Positions 22,107 through 31,471 of a DNA stretch of 64,000 nt are shown here, piece after piece. The stretch spans positions 1,728,001 through 1,792,000 of the forward strand of contig CAWAIF010000003.1 in NCBI GenBank assembly GCA_963782055.1, in the 5' to 3' direction. The position numbers and the translations under genes were made by a program. The notes under the pieces were generated by a model. It was not told where the DNA came from. It ran no database searches and saw only the letters and a program-made list of their open reading frames with translations. The DNA comes from an uncultured delta proteobacterium. GTDB taxonomy: Bacteria > Myxococcota_A > Polyangia > Polyangiales > Polyangiaceae. Positions within the stretch are counted from its first letter, which is position 1, and every line of letters begins with the position of its first letter.

Positions 22107-25100
22107 TCACTCTCCCGCAGCCGGCTGGGCAGCGGGGGCCGCGCCCGGCTCCTCCGCCTTCATCCCGAACAGCCTCCGGAGTCCCACCGAGAGATCGTCG
22201 AACAGCGAGTACGCCACCGGTGTGGCCAGGAGGGTGAGCAGCAAGGACAGCACCTGCCCGCCCACGACCACGCCCGCCGTCGCCCGGTTGAAGCCCGCGC
22301 CGACGCCCTTGGAGAGCAGCAGCGGGATCATGCCCGCCACGAAGGCCGCGGTCGTCATCAGGATGGGCCGCAACCGATCGCGGTTGGCGAGCAGGATCGC
22401 CTCCAGCCGCGGCATCCCGCTCTCGCGGAGCTTGTTGGTGTGGTCCACCTGCAAGATGGCGTTCTTCTTCACCACGCCGAAGAGCACGAGGATGCCGAGC
22501 ACCGAGTAGATGTCGATCGCCTGGTGAAACAGCACGATGGACATGAAGGCGAAGGGGAGCGTCAGCGGCAGCGAGAGCAGGATGGTGATGGGGTGCAGCC
22601 ACGACTCGAACTGCGCGGCGAGCACCAGGTACATGAAGACGAAGGACAGGACGAGCGAGAGGATGAAGGCGACGAAGACGCGCCCCATCTCGCGCGTCTG
22701 CCCGGTGGGCGCGGCCTGGTAGCCCGGGGGCAGGTGCTCCTCGTTCAGGATCTTCTGCAGCGCGGCGGCGATGGCGCCGTCGCCCACGCCCGGCGCCGCG
22801 TTGGCCATCAGCGTCACCTGCCGCTGCCGGTTGAGGCGGTCGATGCGTGACGGCCCGGTGCCCCGCTTGAGGTGGACCACGTCGCTCAGCGGCACGAAGC
22901 CGAGCTTCGCCGACGGCACCGTCAACAGCTCCAGCCCCGCGGCGTCGGTGCGGTAGGCGTGCTCCGCGCGCACGTGCACCTCGTATTGCTCGCCGTTCTC
23001 CTCGTACGTGGAGACGTCTAGGCCCTCCACGAGCAGCCGCAGCGCGTTGGCCACGTCCTGCACCTGCACGCCCAGGTCCGCCGCGCGCTCGCGGTCGATG
23101 TACACGCCGATCTCCGGCTTGCCGACGATGAGCGACGAGTCCACGTCCACCGCGCCGGGCACCTTCCTCAGCTTGGCGGTCACGTCCTTGGCGATGGCCT
23201 CCAGCTTCTTCAGGTCCGGCCCCCGCACGGTGAACTGGGTGCGCGCCGTCGAGAAGCCGCCGCCGAACATGCCGACCTCGCCGACCGTGATGCGCAGGTC
23301 CTTCGGCTGGTGGGCGATGACGCTGGTGCGTACCCACTCCATCATGTCGTTCTGCGAGACCAGGCGGGTCTTCGGGTCGGTGAGCAGCACGTAGATGGTG
23401 GAGAGGTTCTTCGTCTCCGCGGCGTCGTCTCCCGCGGTGACGACGGTGAGCTTGACGTTGGGGTTGGTGCGGAGCTCGCGCGCGATGCGCTCGCCGATGA
23501 GCTCCGTCTGCTCCAGGCTGGTGCCCTCCGGCGCGCGGATCTGCACGTTGAAGCGCGCCTCGTCGTTGACCGGGAGGAAGCCCTTGTTGGCGTGCTTCGC
23601 CAGCGGGATGCACGAGCCGAGGGTGAGGCATGCGGCGACGACGACGAGCCAGCGGTGTCGCATCACGTACTTGAGCAGGGCGGAGTACGCGCGCTCGATG
23701 GGGCGGTAGAAGAAGTCCACCGTGCGCTCCCCGAGGGGCTTCTCCACCGCGTTGCCGGGTTCGCGCGGCTTGAGCCAGCGGGAGGCGAGCATCGGCGTGA
23801 GGGAGAAGCTCACGACCATGGAGACGGCGATGGCGCACGCCATGGTCACGCCGAAGCTCGCGAGGAAGCGGCCCGGGATGCCGCCCATGAAGGCCACCGG
23901 GAGGAACACCGCGATGAGGGAGAGGGTGGTGGCGACGACCGCCATGCCGATCTCCTTGGTGGCGGTGACGGCGGCCACGCGCGGCGCCTCTCCCTTCTCG
24001 TCGACGTGGCGGAAGATGTTCTCCAGCACGACGATGGCGTCGTCGATGACGATGCCGACGGCCAGGGCGAGCGCCAGCAGGGTGATGGTGTTGAGCGTGT
24101 AGTGGAAAAACCACATCGTGGCGAAGGTGCCGACGATGCTGGTGGGGATGGCCAGCGCCGCGATGACGGTGCTGCGCAGGCTCCCGAGGAAGAGGAGCAC
24201 CACCACCGCGGCGAAGAGCGCGCCGACGACAAGGTGCTCCTTCACCGAGTCGACGCTCGTCTGGATGGTGGCCGAGTCGTCGCGGACCAGGTCGATGGAG
24301 TAGCCCGCCGGCAGCTCCTTCTTCAGGTCGGAGACGCGCTCCTTGACCCGGCTGGCCACCTCCACGGTGTTGGTGCCCGACTGCTTGCGCAGGGCGAGGA
24401 GCACGGTGGGCGCGCCGTCGAGCTCGGCGGCCGAGGAGGCCTCCTGCTGGCCGTCGTCCACGCGCGCCACGTCGGCGACACGTACGGAATGCCCGGAGAC
24501 TTGCTTGACCACCAGGTCGCCGATCTCCTTCGGGTCGACGACGCGGCCGTGGATGCGCACCGTCAGCTCCTGCGGGCCGGTGTCGACGCGGCCGCCGGGG
24601 ACGGTGAGGTTCTGCGCGGCGATCGCGCGCTGGACGTCGGTTGCTGTGATGCCGTAAGCGCGCAGGCGGATGGGATCCAGCCAGACGTTGATCTGCCGCT
24701 TGCGGCCGCCGATGAGCTGCACCTGCCCGACGCCGTTCACCGATTCCAGCGAGCGCCGCACCTTCTTGTCGGCGACCTCGGTCACGTCCTTGATGTCGCG
24801 GCCGGGCGCCTTCAGCGCGAAGTAGAGGATGGGCTGCGCGTCGGGGTCGAGCTTGGCGACCGTCGGCAGGTCGATGTCCTTGGGCAGGTCGGGGATGACC
24901 AGGTTGAGGCGGTCGCGGACCTCCTGCGCGGCGGCGTCGGTGTTCTTGTCCAGGACGAAGGTGATGTAGACCTGCGAGACGCCCTCGGTGGAGACGCTTC
25001 GCAGCTCGTCGATACCGCTGATGGTGTTGACCGCCTCCTCCACCTTGTCGGTGATCTCGGTCTCCACGTCCTCCGGCGCGGCGCCGGGCAGGACCGTGGT

Positions 25101-25244
25101 GATGGCGACGACGGGGAGGTCGACGTTGGGGAAACGGTCGACGCCGAGCTGCATGTAGCCGGCGAACCCGATGACGAGGATCACCAGGATGAGGACCGAC
25201 GCGAAGATCGGCCTACGGACGCAGATCGCCGCGAGCCACTGCAT
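22107..25244 (-). CDS. RND efflux permease (AcrB/AcrD/AcrF family)
   Basis: 1045 aa; RRPIFA, GIVIDDAIVVLENIFR, GVVKKNAILQVD and RLRPILMTT. Confidence 0.96.
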   Translation of the reverse strand: MQWLAAICVRRPIFASVLILVILVIGFAGYMQLGVDRFPNVDLPVVAITTVLPGAAPEDVETEITDKVEEAVNTISGIDELRSVSTEGVSQVYITFVLDKNTDAAAQEVRDRLNLVIPDLPKDIDLPTVAKLDPDAQPILYFALKAPGRDIKDVTEVADKKVRRSLESVNGVGQVQLIGGRKRQINVWLDPIRLRAYGITATDVQRAIAAQNLTVPGGRVDTGPQELTVRIHGRVVDPKEIGDLVVKQVSGHSVRVADVARVDDGQQEASSAAELDGAPTVLLALRKQSGTNTVEVASRVKERVSDLKKELPAGYSIDLVRDDSATIQTSVDSVKEHLVVGALFAAVVVLLFLGSLRSTVIAALAIPTSIVGTFATMWFFHYTLNTITLLALALAVGIVIDDAIVVLENIFRHVDEKGEAPRVAAVTATKEIGMAVVATTLSLIAVFLPVAFMGGIPGRFLASFGVTMACAIAVSMVVSFSLTPMLASRWLKPREPGNAVEKPLGERTVDFFYRPIERAYSALLKYVMRHRWLVVVAACLTLGSCIPLAKHANKGFLPVNDEARFNVQIRAPEGTSLEQTELIGERIARELRTNPNVKLTVVTAGDDAAETKNLSTIYVLLTDPKTRLVSQNDMMEWVRTSVIAHQPKDLRITVGEVGMFGGGFSTARTQFTVRGPDLKKLEAIAKDVTAKLRKVPGAVDVDSSLIVGKPEIGVYIDRERAADLGVQVQDVANALRLLVEGLDVSTYEENGEQYEVHVRAEHAYRTDAAGLELLTVPSAKLGFVPLSDVVHLKRGTGPSRIDRLNRQRQVTLMANAAPGVGDGAIAAALQKILNEEHLPPGYQAAPTGQTREMGRVFVAFILSLVLSFVFMYLVLAAQFESWLHPITILLSLPLTLPFAFMSIVLFHQAIDIYSVLGILVLFGVVKKNAILQVDHTNKLRESGMPRLEAILLANRDRLRPILMTTAAFVAGMIPLLLSKGVGAGFNRATAGVVVGGQVLSLLLTLLATPVAYSLFDDLSVGLRRLFGMKAEEPGAAPAAQPAAGE

Positions 25245-25247
25245 GCG

Positions 25248-26315
25248 TCACTCCACCGGCGCGCCGTCGCGCAGGTCCGCGCCGGGCGCGGTGACGACCA
25301 TGTCCCCCGGCTTGACGCCGTTGATGATGCCGATCTTGTCCCCGGACTCGCTGCCCGTCTGCACGATGCGCTCCACCACCAGCCGCTCGACGACGACGAA
25401 GACGTGCGCCTTGCCGTCCTCCATGCGAAGGGCAGTCTTCGGGACCACGGGCATGGTCTTGTCGGCGAGGCGCAGGCGCGCGACCGCGAACATGCCCGGG
25501 CGCAGCTTGCCGTCGGCGTTGGGGACGGTCGCCTCGATGACCAGATCGCGCGAGGCGGCGCGCACGTTGGGGCTGATGAACTTGACGGTGCCGGTGAACG
25601 CCTCGTCGCCGAAGGCCGCCACGGTGAAGCTGACCGCCATGTCCTGCTGGAGCGCCCCGATGTCCGCCTCGGGCACGGTGAGCTCGAGGCGCAGCGGGTC
25701 GGGCTCGTAGAGGGAGGCGACGCGGGTGGCGGGTGAGACGTACTGCCCGACGTTGACGAAGCGCTCGCCGATGGTGCCGTCGAAGGGCGCGCGGATGCGC
25801 GAGTCACCCACCAGCTTGGAGGCGGTCTGCACCTGCGCCTCGGCCGCGGCCGCCGACCACTGCTGCGAGCTGCACAGCGTGGTGGCGCGGTCGAACTCGG
25901 CCTGCGAGATGGCGCCGGTGTCGAAGAGGTGCTTGTCGCGCGCGCAGTCCTTCTGCGCCTGGTCGAGCTGCGTCTTGGCGAGGTTCGCCTGGGCCTGGGC
26001 GGCTGTGGCGGAGAGCGCCGCGCTGCGTGCGTCCAGCGTGATGAGGATCTCGCCCTTCTTGACGTGCTGGCCGCGCTCCGCGTTGGTCTTGAGCACCTTG
26101 CCCGAGGCGTCCGCGGCGATGTCCGACTCCTCGCTCGCCCGGAGGGTGCCGGTGAGGGTGAGGTACTCCGGCATGGGCTGCTCGGCGACCGGCGCCGTCT
26201 GCACATGGACGGGCTTGAGCGCCTCCTTGGCGGCGGCGGATGACGGCGGGTCGTCCCCGCGCTTGCAGGCGGCGAGGGCGAGGGCGGCGAGAAGGAGGAC
26301 GCTTCGAGCGCGCAT
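25248..26315 (-). CDS. RND periplasmic adaptor (membrane fusion protein)
   Basis: Lipobox LAAC; GQHVKKGEILITLD, IRAPFDG and LRPGMFA; 3 bp upstream of the permease start. Confidence 0.94.
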   Translation of the reverse strand: MRARSVLLLAALALAACKRGDDPPSSAAAKEALKPVHVQTAPVAEQPMPEYLTLTGTLRASEESDIAADASGKVLKTNAERGQHVKKGEILITLDARSAALSATAAQAQANLAKTQLDQAQKDCARDKHLFDTGAISQAEFDRATTLCSSQQWSAAAAEAQVQTASKLVGDSRIRAPFDGTIGERFVNVGQYVSPATRVASLYEPDPLRLELTVPEADIGALQQDMAVSFTVAAFGDEAFTGTVKFISPNVRAASRDLVIEATVPNADGKLRPGMFAVARLRLADKTMPVVPKTALRMEDGKAHVFVVVERLVVERIVQTGSESGDKIGIINGVKPGDMVVTAPGADLRDGAPVE

Positions 26316-26431
26316 CGGAGGGGGCGGCCATGCATAGCACGGCGCGCGACGAGTGTACCGATGCGCCGCCCGCGCCGCTCGTTGCGAGTCGCGTCACGCC
26401 TCGGCCGCGCTGTCCGAAGTCCGACAGGGCC

Positions 26432-27355
26432 TCACTCGACCCAGTCGGGGAAGTGCTTCGGGGCGTCGAGGAGCATCTCGGCGCACGAGACGTTGCCGTT
26501 GCCGTCGATGTCGTCGGAGGCGTCGGTGCGCTCGGCGCGGTACGGGCTGCCCGGGTGGATGTCGATCTTGATGGTCGCGGCGGTGGCGAGGCAGGGGTCG
26601 TCGTAGCCGAGGATGGACTCGTCCAGGTGGACGTTGAGCTTGCCCTCGATGACGTCCGGCGTGAGCACGGTGCCCGAGAGGATGCCTGAGGTGCGCAGCG
26701 CGACGAAGAGATCCTGCGGCTGGGTGCAGGTGAGCACGGTGGCGAGGAGCGAGACGCCGGGGTGGCCGTCGCTGTCCTCGTCGATGGCGCCGGTGAGATC
26801 GTCCTGCGTCGGGAGCGGATCGGTCGCCGGGTTCTTCAGCGCGGCGCCCACGAGCACGAGGAAGGGCGGCGGCTGGTAGCTCGCGCCCAGGATGCTGTCG
26901 CTGGAGAGGTAGTCGCCCGTCGACTCGCTGGTCTTGGTCTGGATGAGCGACTGGAGCGCGGGCGGGATCTCCAGCGTGGCCACGTCCTGCACGACGGGGA
27001 GCTTGAAGGCGCAGAGGGTGGTCTTCTGGTGGACGCTCTTGCCCTTCTGCACGATGCGCAGTCGCAAGAGCTGCCGGAGCTGCACCGGCACGACGACGGT
27101 CGCGTCGATCGTCGCCTCGACGATGAAGATGCCGGTGAGGGGGCCGGCGCCGGTGGTGTCCCAGTCCTCCAGCGGCTCGTCCGGGATGGTGGCCGGCCCG
27201 GTGTCCGGCCCGCTCCCGGCGTCCACGCACCCGCCGACGGGGCAGTGGTCGGTGCGCAGGTAGGCCACGGCGGAGGCGTCCGGGCCGCAGTGCGCCAGCG
27301 CGGCCGCGAGCACGGCGCCCGCCGCGAGGACTGCGAGGCTGCCGGACTTCACCAT
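26432..27355 (-). CDS. Hypothetical secreted/lipoprotein with Ca-binding-like DxDxDG motifs
   Basis: MVKSGSLAVLAAGAVLAAALAHC; DEDSDGHPG and DDIDGNGNVSC; start overlaps the upstream stop. Confidence 0.75.
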   Translation of the reverse strand: MVKSGSLAVLAAGAVLAAALAHCGPDASAVAYLRTDHCPVGGCVDAGSGPDTGPATIPDEPLEDWDTTGAGPLTGIFIVEATIDATVVVPVQLRQLLRLRIVQKGKSVHQKTTLCAFKLPVVQDVATLEIPPALQSLIQTKTSESTGDYLSSDSILGASYQPPPFLVLVGAALKNPATDPLPTQDDLTGAIDEDSDGHPGVSLLATVLTCTQPQDLFVALRTSGILSGTVLTPDVIEGKLNVHLDESILGYDDPCLATAATIKIDIHPGSPYRAERTDASDDIDGNGNVSCAEMLLDAPKHFPDWVE

Positions 27356-28680
27356 CGCGCCTCCACGCCCAGCGAGGTGGCGAGCACGTGCCCGCCGTAG
27401 ACGTAAGAAGGATAGCCCGGGTTCTTCATGAGCGCCGTGTCGCTGGGGAAGCGGCGGAAGTCCTTGGTCTCCGATTGCTCGACCAGGACGATGTCCATCA
27501 GCGCGGCGGTGACGCGGGCGTCGATGCTCGGCCAGTGGAAGGCCTTGCCCAGGTCGAGCTGGAAGCCGAGGGAGCCGACGTGGCGGTCGGCGTCGAGCAG
27601 GTTGCTCGGCCCGCCGAAGTTGTCGACGGGCGACCTCTGGAAGCGGTAGCCGGCCATCAGGGCGAAGGCGGGCGTGGCGCGCCAGCGCGCTCCGAAGGCG
27701 GGGGTGAGGGTGTTGCCCCAGTTGCCCTCGCCGAAGAAGTTGCGGTTGGTGCTGAGCGCCTCCGACCAGAGGCCGTAGGTGAGGTCGGCGGAGAGGTCGA
27801 CGCCCGCGCCGGCGTCCACGCCCACCGCGAGGGTCATCTCGCTGGGCTCGAAGTAGTGCGAGAAGTGGTGGGAGTAGCCCATCACGCCCAGGTCGGGCAC
27901 GCCGCTGATGCGGGTGTTGCCCCAGTCGTCGACGTGACTCGCCTGGCGGTAGACGAGGCCGATGCGCAGGCGGTCGACGGGGGTGATGGTGGCTCCGAAG
28001 AGGGGCTCGACGCGGCCGAACACCTGCGCGTCGGTGCCGAGCTGGGTGTGCGTGCGCACGACGTCCTTGCCCGTCTGCGGGTCCGGCTCGAGCGCGACGC
28101 TGGTGACGACGCCGCGGGTGAGCGTCTGCACGTCGAAGAGGACGCGCAGCCCGACGCCGAGGGAGAGCCAGCGGGTGAGGCGGTAGGCGATCCCGGCGTG
28201 CGCGGACAGGACCTGCGTGCGGTCGGTGAGCAGCGTCCACTGCACGTCGTCGTCGGGGCGGATGGACCACTGGAAGAGGTGGCTGGGCACGTAGACGGCG
28301 AGGCCCATGTCCAGGCCGTCGAGGTGGAAGGGCTGCCCGACGCTGAAGCGGGTGCCGACGACGACGCCGGCGGTGTCGGGTGTCTCGGGCGTGGCGATCT
28401 CGCGCCCGCCGGGGCCGCTGACGTGGAGGGTGGGGTGCGCGTAGACGAGGGAGGCGGCGCCCTCGAAGAAGCCGCCCTTCTCGACGACGCCGCCGCCCGG
28501 CGCGAGGCCCGCGGGGTTGTAGTAGGTGGAGGCGTAGGTGCCGGGGCGCGCGGCGCAGGACCCGGCGAGCGCCATCGCCCCGGGGCCGAGGGCGAGGGTG
28601 TCCTCCACGCCGGCGCGCGCCGGGAGGGCGGCGAGCGTGACGACCGCGCATGCGGCGGTGGCGAGGAGGCGCGCGTTCAT
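27349..28680 (-). CDS. OmpP1/FadL/TodX-family outer-membrane transporter (copy 2)
   Basis: Signal peptide; GPGAMALAG...YYNPAGL hatch motif; amphipathic strands; C-terminal W. Confidence 0.8.
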   Translation of the reverse strand: MNARLLATAACAVVTLAALPARAGVEDTLALGPGAMALAGSCAARPGTYASTYYNPAGLAPGGGVVEKGGFFEGAASLVYAHPTLHVSGPGGREIATPETPDTAGVVVGTRFSVGQPFHLDGLDMGLAVYVPSHLFQWSIRPDDDVQWTLLTDRTQVLSAHAGIAYRLTRWLSLGVGLRVLFDVQTLTRGVVTSVALEPDPQTGKDVVRTHTQLGTDAQVFGRVEPLFGATITPVDRLRIGLVYRQASHVDDWGNTRISGVPDLGVMGYSHHFSHYFEPSEMTLAVGVDAGAGVDLSADLTYGLWSEALSTNRNFFGEGNWGNTLTPAFGARWRATPAFALMAGYRFQRSPVDNFGGPSNLLDADRHVGSLGFQLDLGKAFHWPSIDARVTAALMDIVLVEQSETKDFRRFPSDTALMKNPGYPSYVYGGHVLATSLGVEARW

Positions 28681-29975
28681 CGGGCGTCCTTCCCGACGAA
28701 GACGGTGAGGGTGAGGCCCGCCTGGTAGAGGTTGGCTCGCGAGGCGAAGCCGGGGTAGCCCAGGTTGGTGATCTGCTGGCCGGGCGTGTTCGGGTCGGCG
28801 TCGGCGATCTTGCCGGGGTCCTTCATCGCGCTCTGCAGTCCGCCGAGGCGCGTGCGCACGTGGGCGTCGATGGCGACGGGCCAGTGGAGCAGCGGGCGGA
28901 AGTCGACGCCGCCGCCCAGGCCGAGCACCAGGCTGCTGCCACCGAGGTAGTTGGTGCCGCCCACCTGCTCGGGGATGGGCGAGGGCTCGACCGCCCAGCC
29001 CGCGCGCAGGGCGAAGATGTGACGGCGGCAGCGCCACTCCAGCCCCTGCCGCACGCTCACGGTGTCGCCGAAGGGCTGGTCGAGGGGGCGGCCGAAGCCG
29101 TCGCGGAAGTCAGACCAGCGGTGGACGGTGACGTCGGTGGAGACGGTGAGGCCGGCGAGGGGGCCGACGGCTGCGCCGAAGACGAGCTCGGCGGGATCCC
29201 AGAAGGCGAGGAAGTCGATGGGGTCGTCGGCGAGGATGCCGCCGGCGACCGTTCGCTGGCTGCCGCTGGCGCGGGAGATCGACCTGTCGCGATAGACGAC
29301 TGCGAGGGAGAGCTTCTGGAGCGGCCGGCCGCGCACGCCGAAGAAGGGGGACGCCTCGAAGGTGAGGTTGCGGTCGAGCCGGACGACGACGTCGCGGCTG
29401 ATGTCCTTGTCGCGGCTGGCGTCGTAGGTGACGACCGTCGGGGTGTCGAGCGAGGGCGTGACCGCGAGGCCGGCGCCGAGCTGGAGGCGGTCGAAGAGCT
29501 GCACCGCGAGGGTGCCGATGGTGCTGAGGCGATCGGGGCGGCTGCTGTACAGAGGCGAGGTGGGGGTGTCGAGGCGCTCCTGGACGGTGACCTGAAGGAC
29601 GTGCTCGGCGGGCACATCCATGGCGAAGCCAACGCGGAAGCGGCGGAGCCACGCGGGGCCGGGGAGCGGAGTGGCGGCGGCGAAGCCGAAGCCGCCGAAC
29701 CAGCGGCTCATGTCCTGGTGTGGCTCGCCGGAGCGCGCGAACCACTGGTCGAGGCGGTCGGCGTGGCCGGTGAAGAGGACGGCTGGGCCTTGCAGGTCGG
29801 CGAGGCCCGCGGGGTTGAGGAGCATCGTGCCGAGGCTGCCGGGCATGGCGCTGACGGCGTTCGCCATCGCGGCCGGCCGGGAGGTCTCGCCGAACGCGGT
29901 GCCCGCCGTGGCGTGTGCGTCGCCCGCGGCCGCGAGCGTGGCGAGCGTCACGAGCAGCCCGGCGACGTGGCGCAT
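28677..29975 (-). CDS. OmpP1/FadL/TodX-family outer-membrane transporter (copy 1)
   Basis: Signal peptide; AAMANAVSA...LLNPAGL; LRAGWAVEPSPIPEQ...NYL; ATGA overlap with copy 2. Confidence 0.8.
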   Translation of the reverse strand: MRHVAGLLVTLATLAAAGDAHATAGTAFGETSRPAAMANAVSAMPGSLGTMLLNPAGLADLQGPAVLFTGHADRLDQWFARSGEPHQDMSRWFGGFGFAAATPLPGPAWLRRFRVGFAMDVPAEHVLQVTVQERLDTPTSPLYSSRPDRLSTIGTLAVQLFDRLQLGAGLAVTPSLDTPTVVTYDASRDKDISRDVVVRLDRNLTFEASPFFGVRGRPLQKLSLAVVYRDRSISRASGSQRTVAGGILADDPIDFLAFWDPAELVFGAAVGPLAGLTVSTDVTVHRWSDFRDGFGRPLDQPFGDTVSVRQGLEWRCRRHIFALRAGWAVEPSPIPEQVGGTNYLGGSSLVLGLGGGVDFRPLLHWPVAIDAHVRTRLGGLQSAMKDPGKIADADPNTPGQQITNLGYPGFASRANLYQAGLTLTVFVGKDAR

Positions 29976-30412
29976 CACTTCACCGGGAGCGGGCACGCGC
30001 CGCTGGCGTCCGGAGGCGTGACGGCGATGGTGCTCCGGGCGATGCCGACACCCCCCGCGGCGTTCTCCACGCGCAGGGTCACGTGGAGGGGCCGGTCGGC
30101 GGCCATCGTCACGCTGAGCGCTTCACCGATGAGGTCGTCGCCATCGCCGAGCTGGTAGTCCGAGCCGGAGAAGGACCAGAGGTACTTCAGCGGCGGGGCG
30201 CCGGGGTCCGGCCGGACGTAGACGAGGGTGAGGTTGGGGGCCGACTGCTTGGCGTCCAGGTGGATGGTGGTGTGGTACCCGTCCCCCAGACAGACGGCAG
30301 TGGGGTCGGCGTTGATGACGGCGGAGGGCTCCGGCGGGGGAGGGGAGCCGCACGCCGCCAGCACGCCGGCGACCACCCCCCACGCCACGATGCCCCCGAG
30401 CCCCAGCCTCAT
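29975..30412 (-). CDS. Small lipoprotein, PKD/Ig-like
   Basis: Lipobox LAAC; IHLDAKQS, LKYLWSF and VTLRVENAAG; TGATG coupling to the first FadL-like gene. Confidence 0.7.
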   Translation of the reverse strand: MRLGLGGIVAWGVVAGVLAACGSPPPPEPSAVINADPTAVCLGDGYHTTIHLDAKQSAPNLTLVYVRPDPGAPPLKYLWSFSGSDYQLGDGDDLIGEALSVTMAADRPLHVTLRVENAAGGVGIARSTIAVTPPDASGACPLPVK

Positions 30413-30584
30413 CCGGACGCCATCTTTGCGCCCGTCGAATGGGGAGCGCAAGGCGGCCGTACCGCGGAATCCCCCCCGGACGTCCGACTGCAAGCGTCCT
30501 TGCAATGGTGCGCCCGGGCCCGGCCGTGGGCTGGAGCCCCCAGACGGAGGGCCCCAGGAAGAGAGGACCTTTCAGCGGCGGCCC

Positions 30585-30612
30585 TTGCGAAACGCACGGG
30601 AATCGCTAAAGT
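30585..30612 (+). promoter_or_regulatory. Sigma70-type promoter with a leader of about 190 nt for the RRM gene
   Basis: TTGCGA-N16-TAAAGT in a locally lower-GC intergenic region. Confidence 0.45.
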
Positions 30613-30809
30613 GCTCGCACTCACGAGAACGTTATCCGCACCTTCACGCTCTCCGATTCGGGATCGTTACGCTGCGCTGCGTTGTCACGTGAGGACGCGA
30701 GAAAACCAAGCAACATTCTCCTTCTCGCGCGCCTCCCACCGATCCCGACGGCCCATTGGATGGCAGGCAGCATGGTCACGACTGGGCTGTCTCGAGACGA
30801 GACAAAGCA

Positions 30810-31160
30810 ATGGGTAACCGACTCTACGTAGGCAATCTCTCCTTCAACTCCACCACCGACACCCTCCGCCAGCATTTTTCGGCGTTCGGTGAGGTCACCG
30901 ACGTGCACGTGGTGACCGACCGCGAGACCGGCCGCTCCCGCGGCTTCGGTTTCGTAACCATGGGCTCGGCCGACGAGGCGGCGAAGGCGATCGCCGAGAT
31001 GAACGGCGCCGTCATCGACGGTCGTCCCCTCCGCGTCAACGAGGCTGAGGAGCGTCAGAACCGCGGCGGCGGCGGTGGCGGCGGCTTCGGCGGTGGCGGC
31101 GGCGGCGGTTACGGCGGCGGCGGCGGCGGTGGCCGCGGCGGCAAGCGCGACCGCTGGTGA
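30810..31160 (+). CDS. RRM (RNP-1) RNA-binding protein with Gly-rich tail
   Basis: LYVGNL (RNP2), RGFGFVTM (RNP1), GRPLRVNEA and a GGGG tail. Confidence 0.96.
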   Translation: MGNRLYVGNLSFNSTTDTLRQHFSAFGEVTDVHVVTDRETGRSRGFGFVTMGSADEAAKAIAEMNGAVIDGRPLRVNEAEERQNRGGGGGGGFGGGGGGGYGGGGGGGRGGKRDRW

Positions 31161-31165
31161 TTCGC

Positions 31166-31213
31166 CGTCGCGCGGGCGCCCTCTCTGTCATGGAGAGGGC
31201 GCCCGTCGCGACG
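31166..31213 (+). terminator. Long stem-loop after the RRM gene (terminator or mRNA stabiliser)
   Basis: cgtcgcg-cgggcgccctctc / tgtcatg / gagagggcgcccg-t-cgcgacg: 20-bp stem with one bulge; weak U tail. Confidence 0.65.
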
Positions 31214-31274
31214 CTTCTCCCCGCGGCAGGCCGCGAGCGGTCTGGCTCCGCGCTCCCTCGCACAGGAGGTGACG

Positions 31275-31466
31275 ATGGGCAACCCCAGCATCAGCAAGCG
31301 TCAGAAAGAAAAAAACCGCCAGGACAAGCGACGCGACAAGCTCGCGAGGCGGCAGGAGCGAAAGACCACCCGCGATGACGCGCCGGCCGCTCCGCCGGGC
31401 GTAGACCCTGACATCGCCGGCATCATTCCTGGTCCCCAGCCGATCCCGGAAGAGATGCTGGACTAG
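31275..31466 (+). CDS. Small basic protein (63 aa)
   Basis: Strong SD AGGAGG; KRQKEKNRQDKRRDK...RK helix followed by DPDIAGIIPGPQP. Confidence 0.8.
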   Translation: MGNPSISKRQKEKNRQDKRRDKLARRQERKTTRDDAPAAPPGVDPDIAGIIPGPQPIPEEMLD

Positions 31467-31471
31467 CCGTC

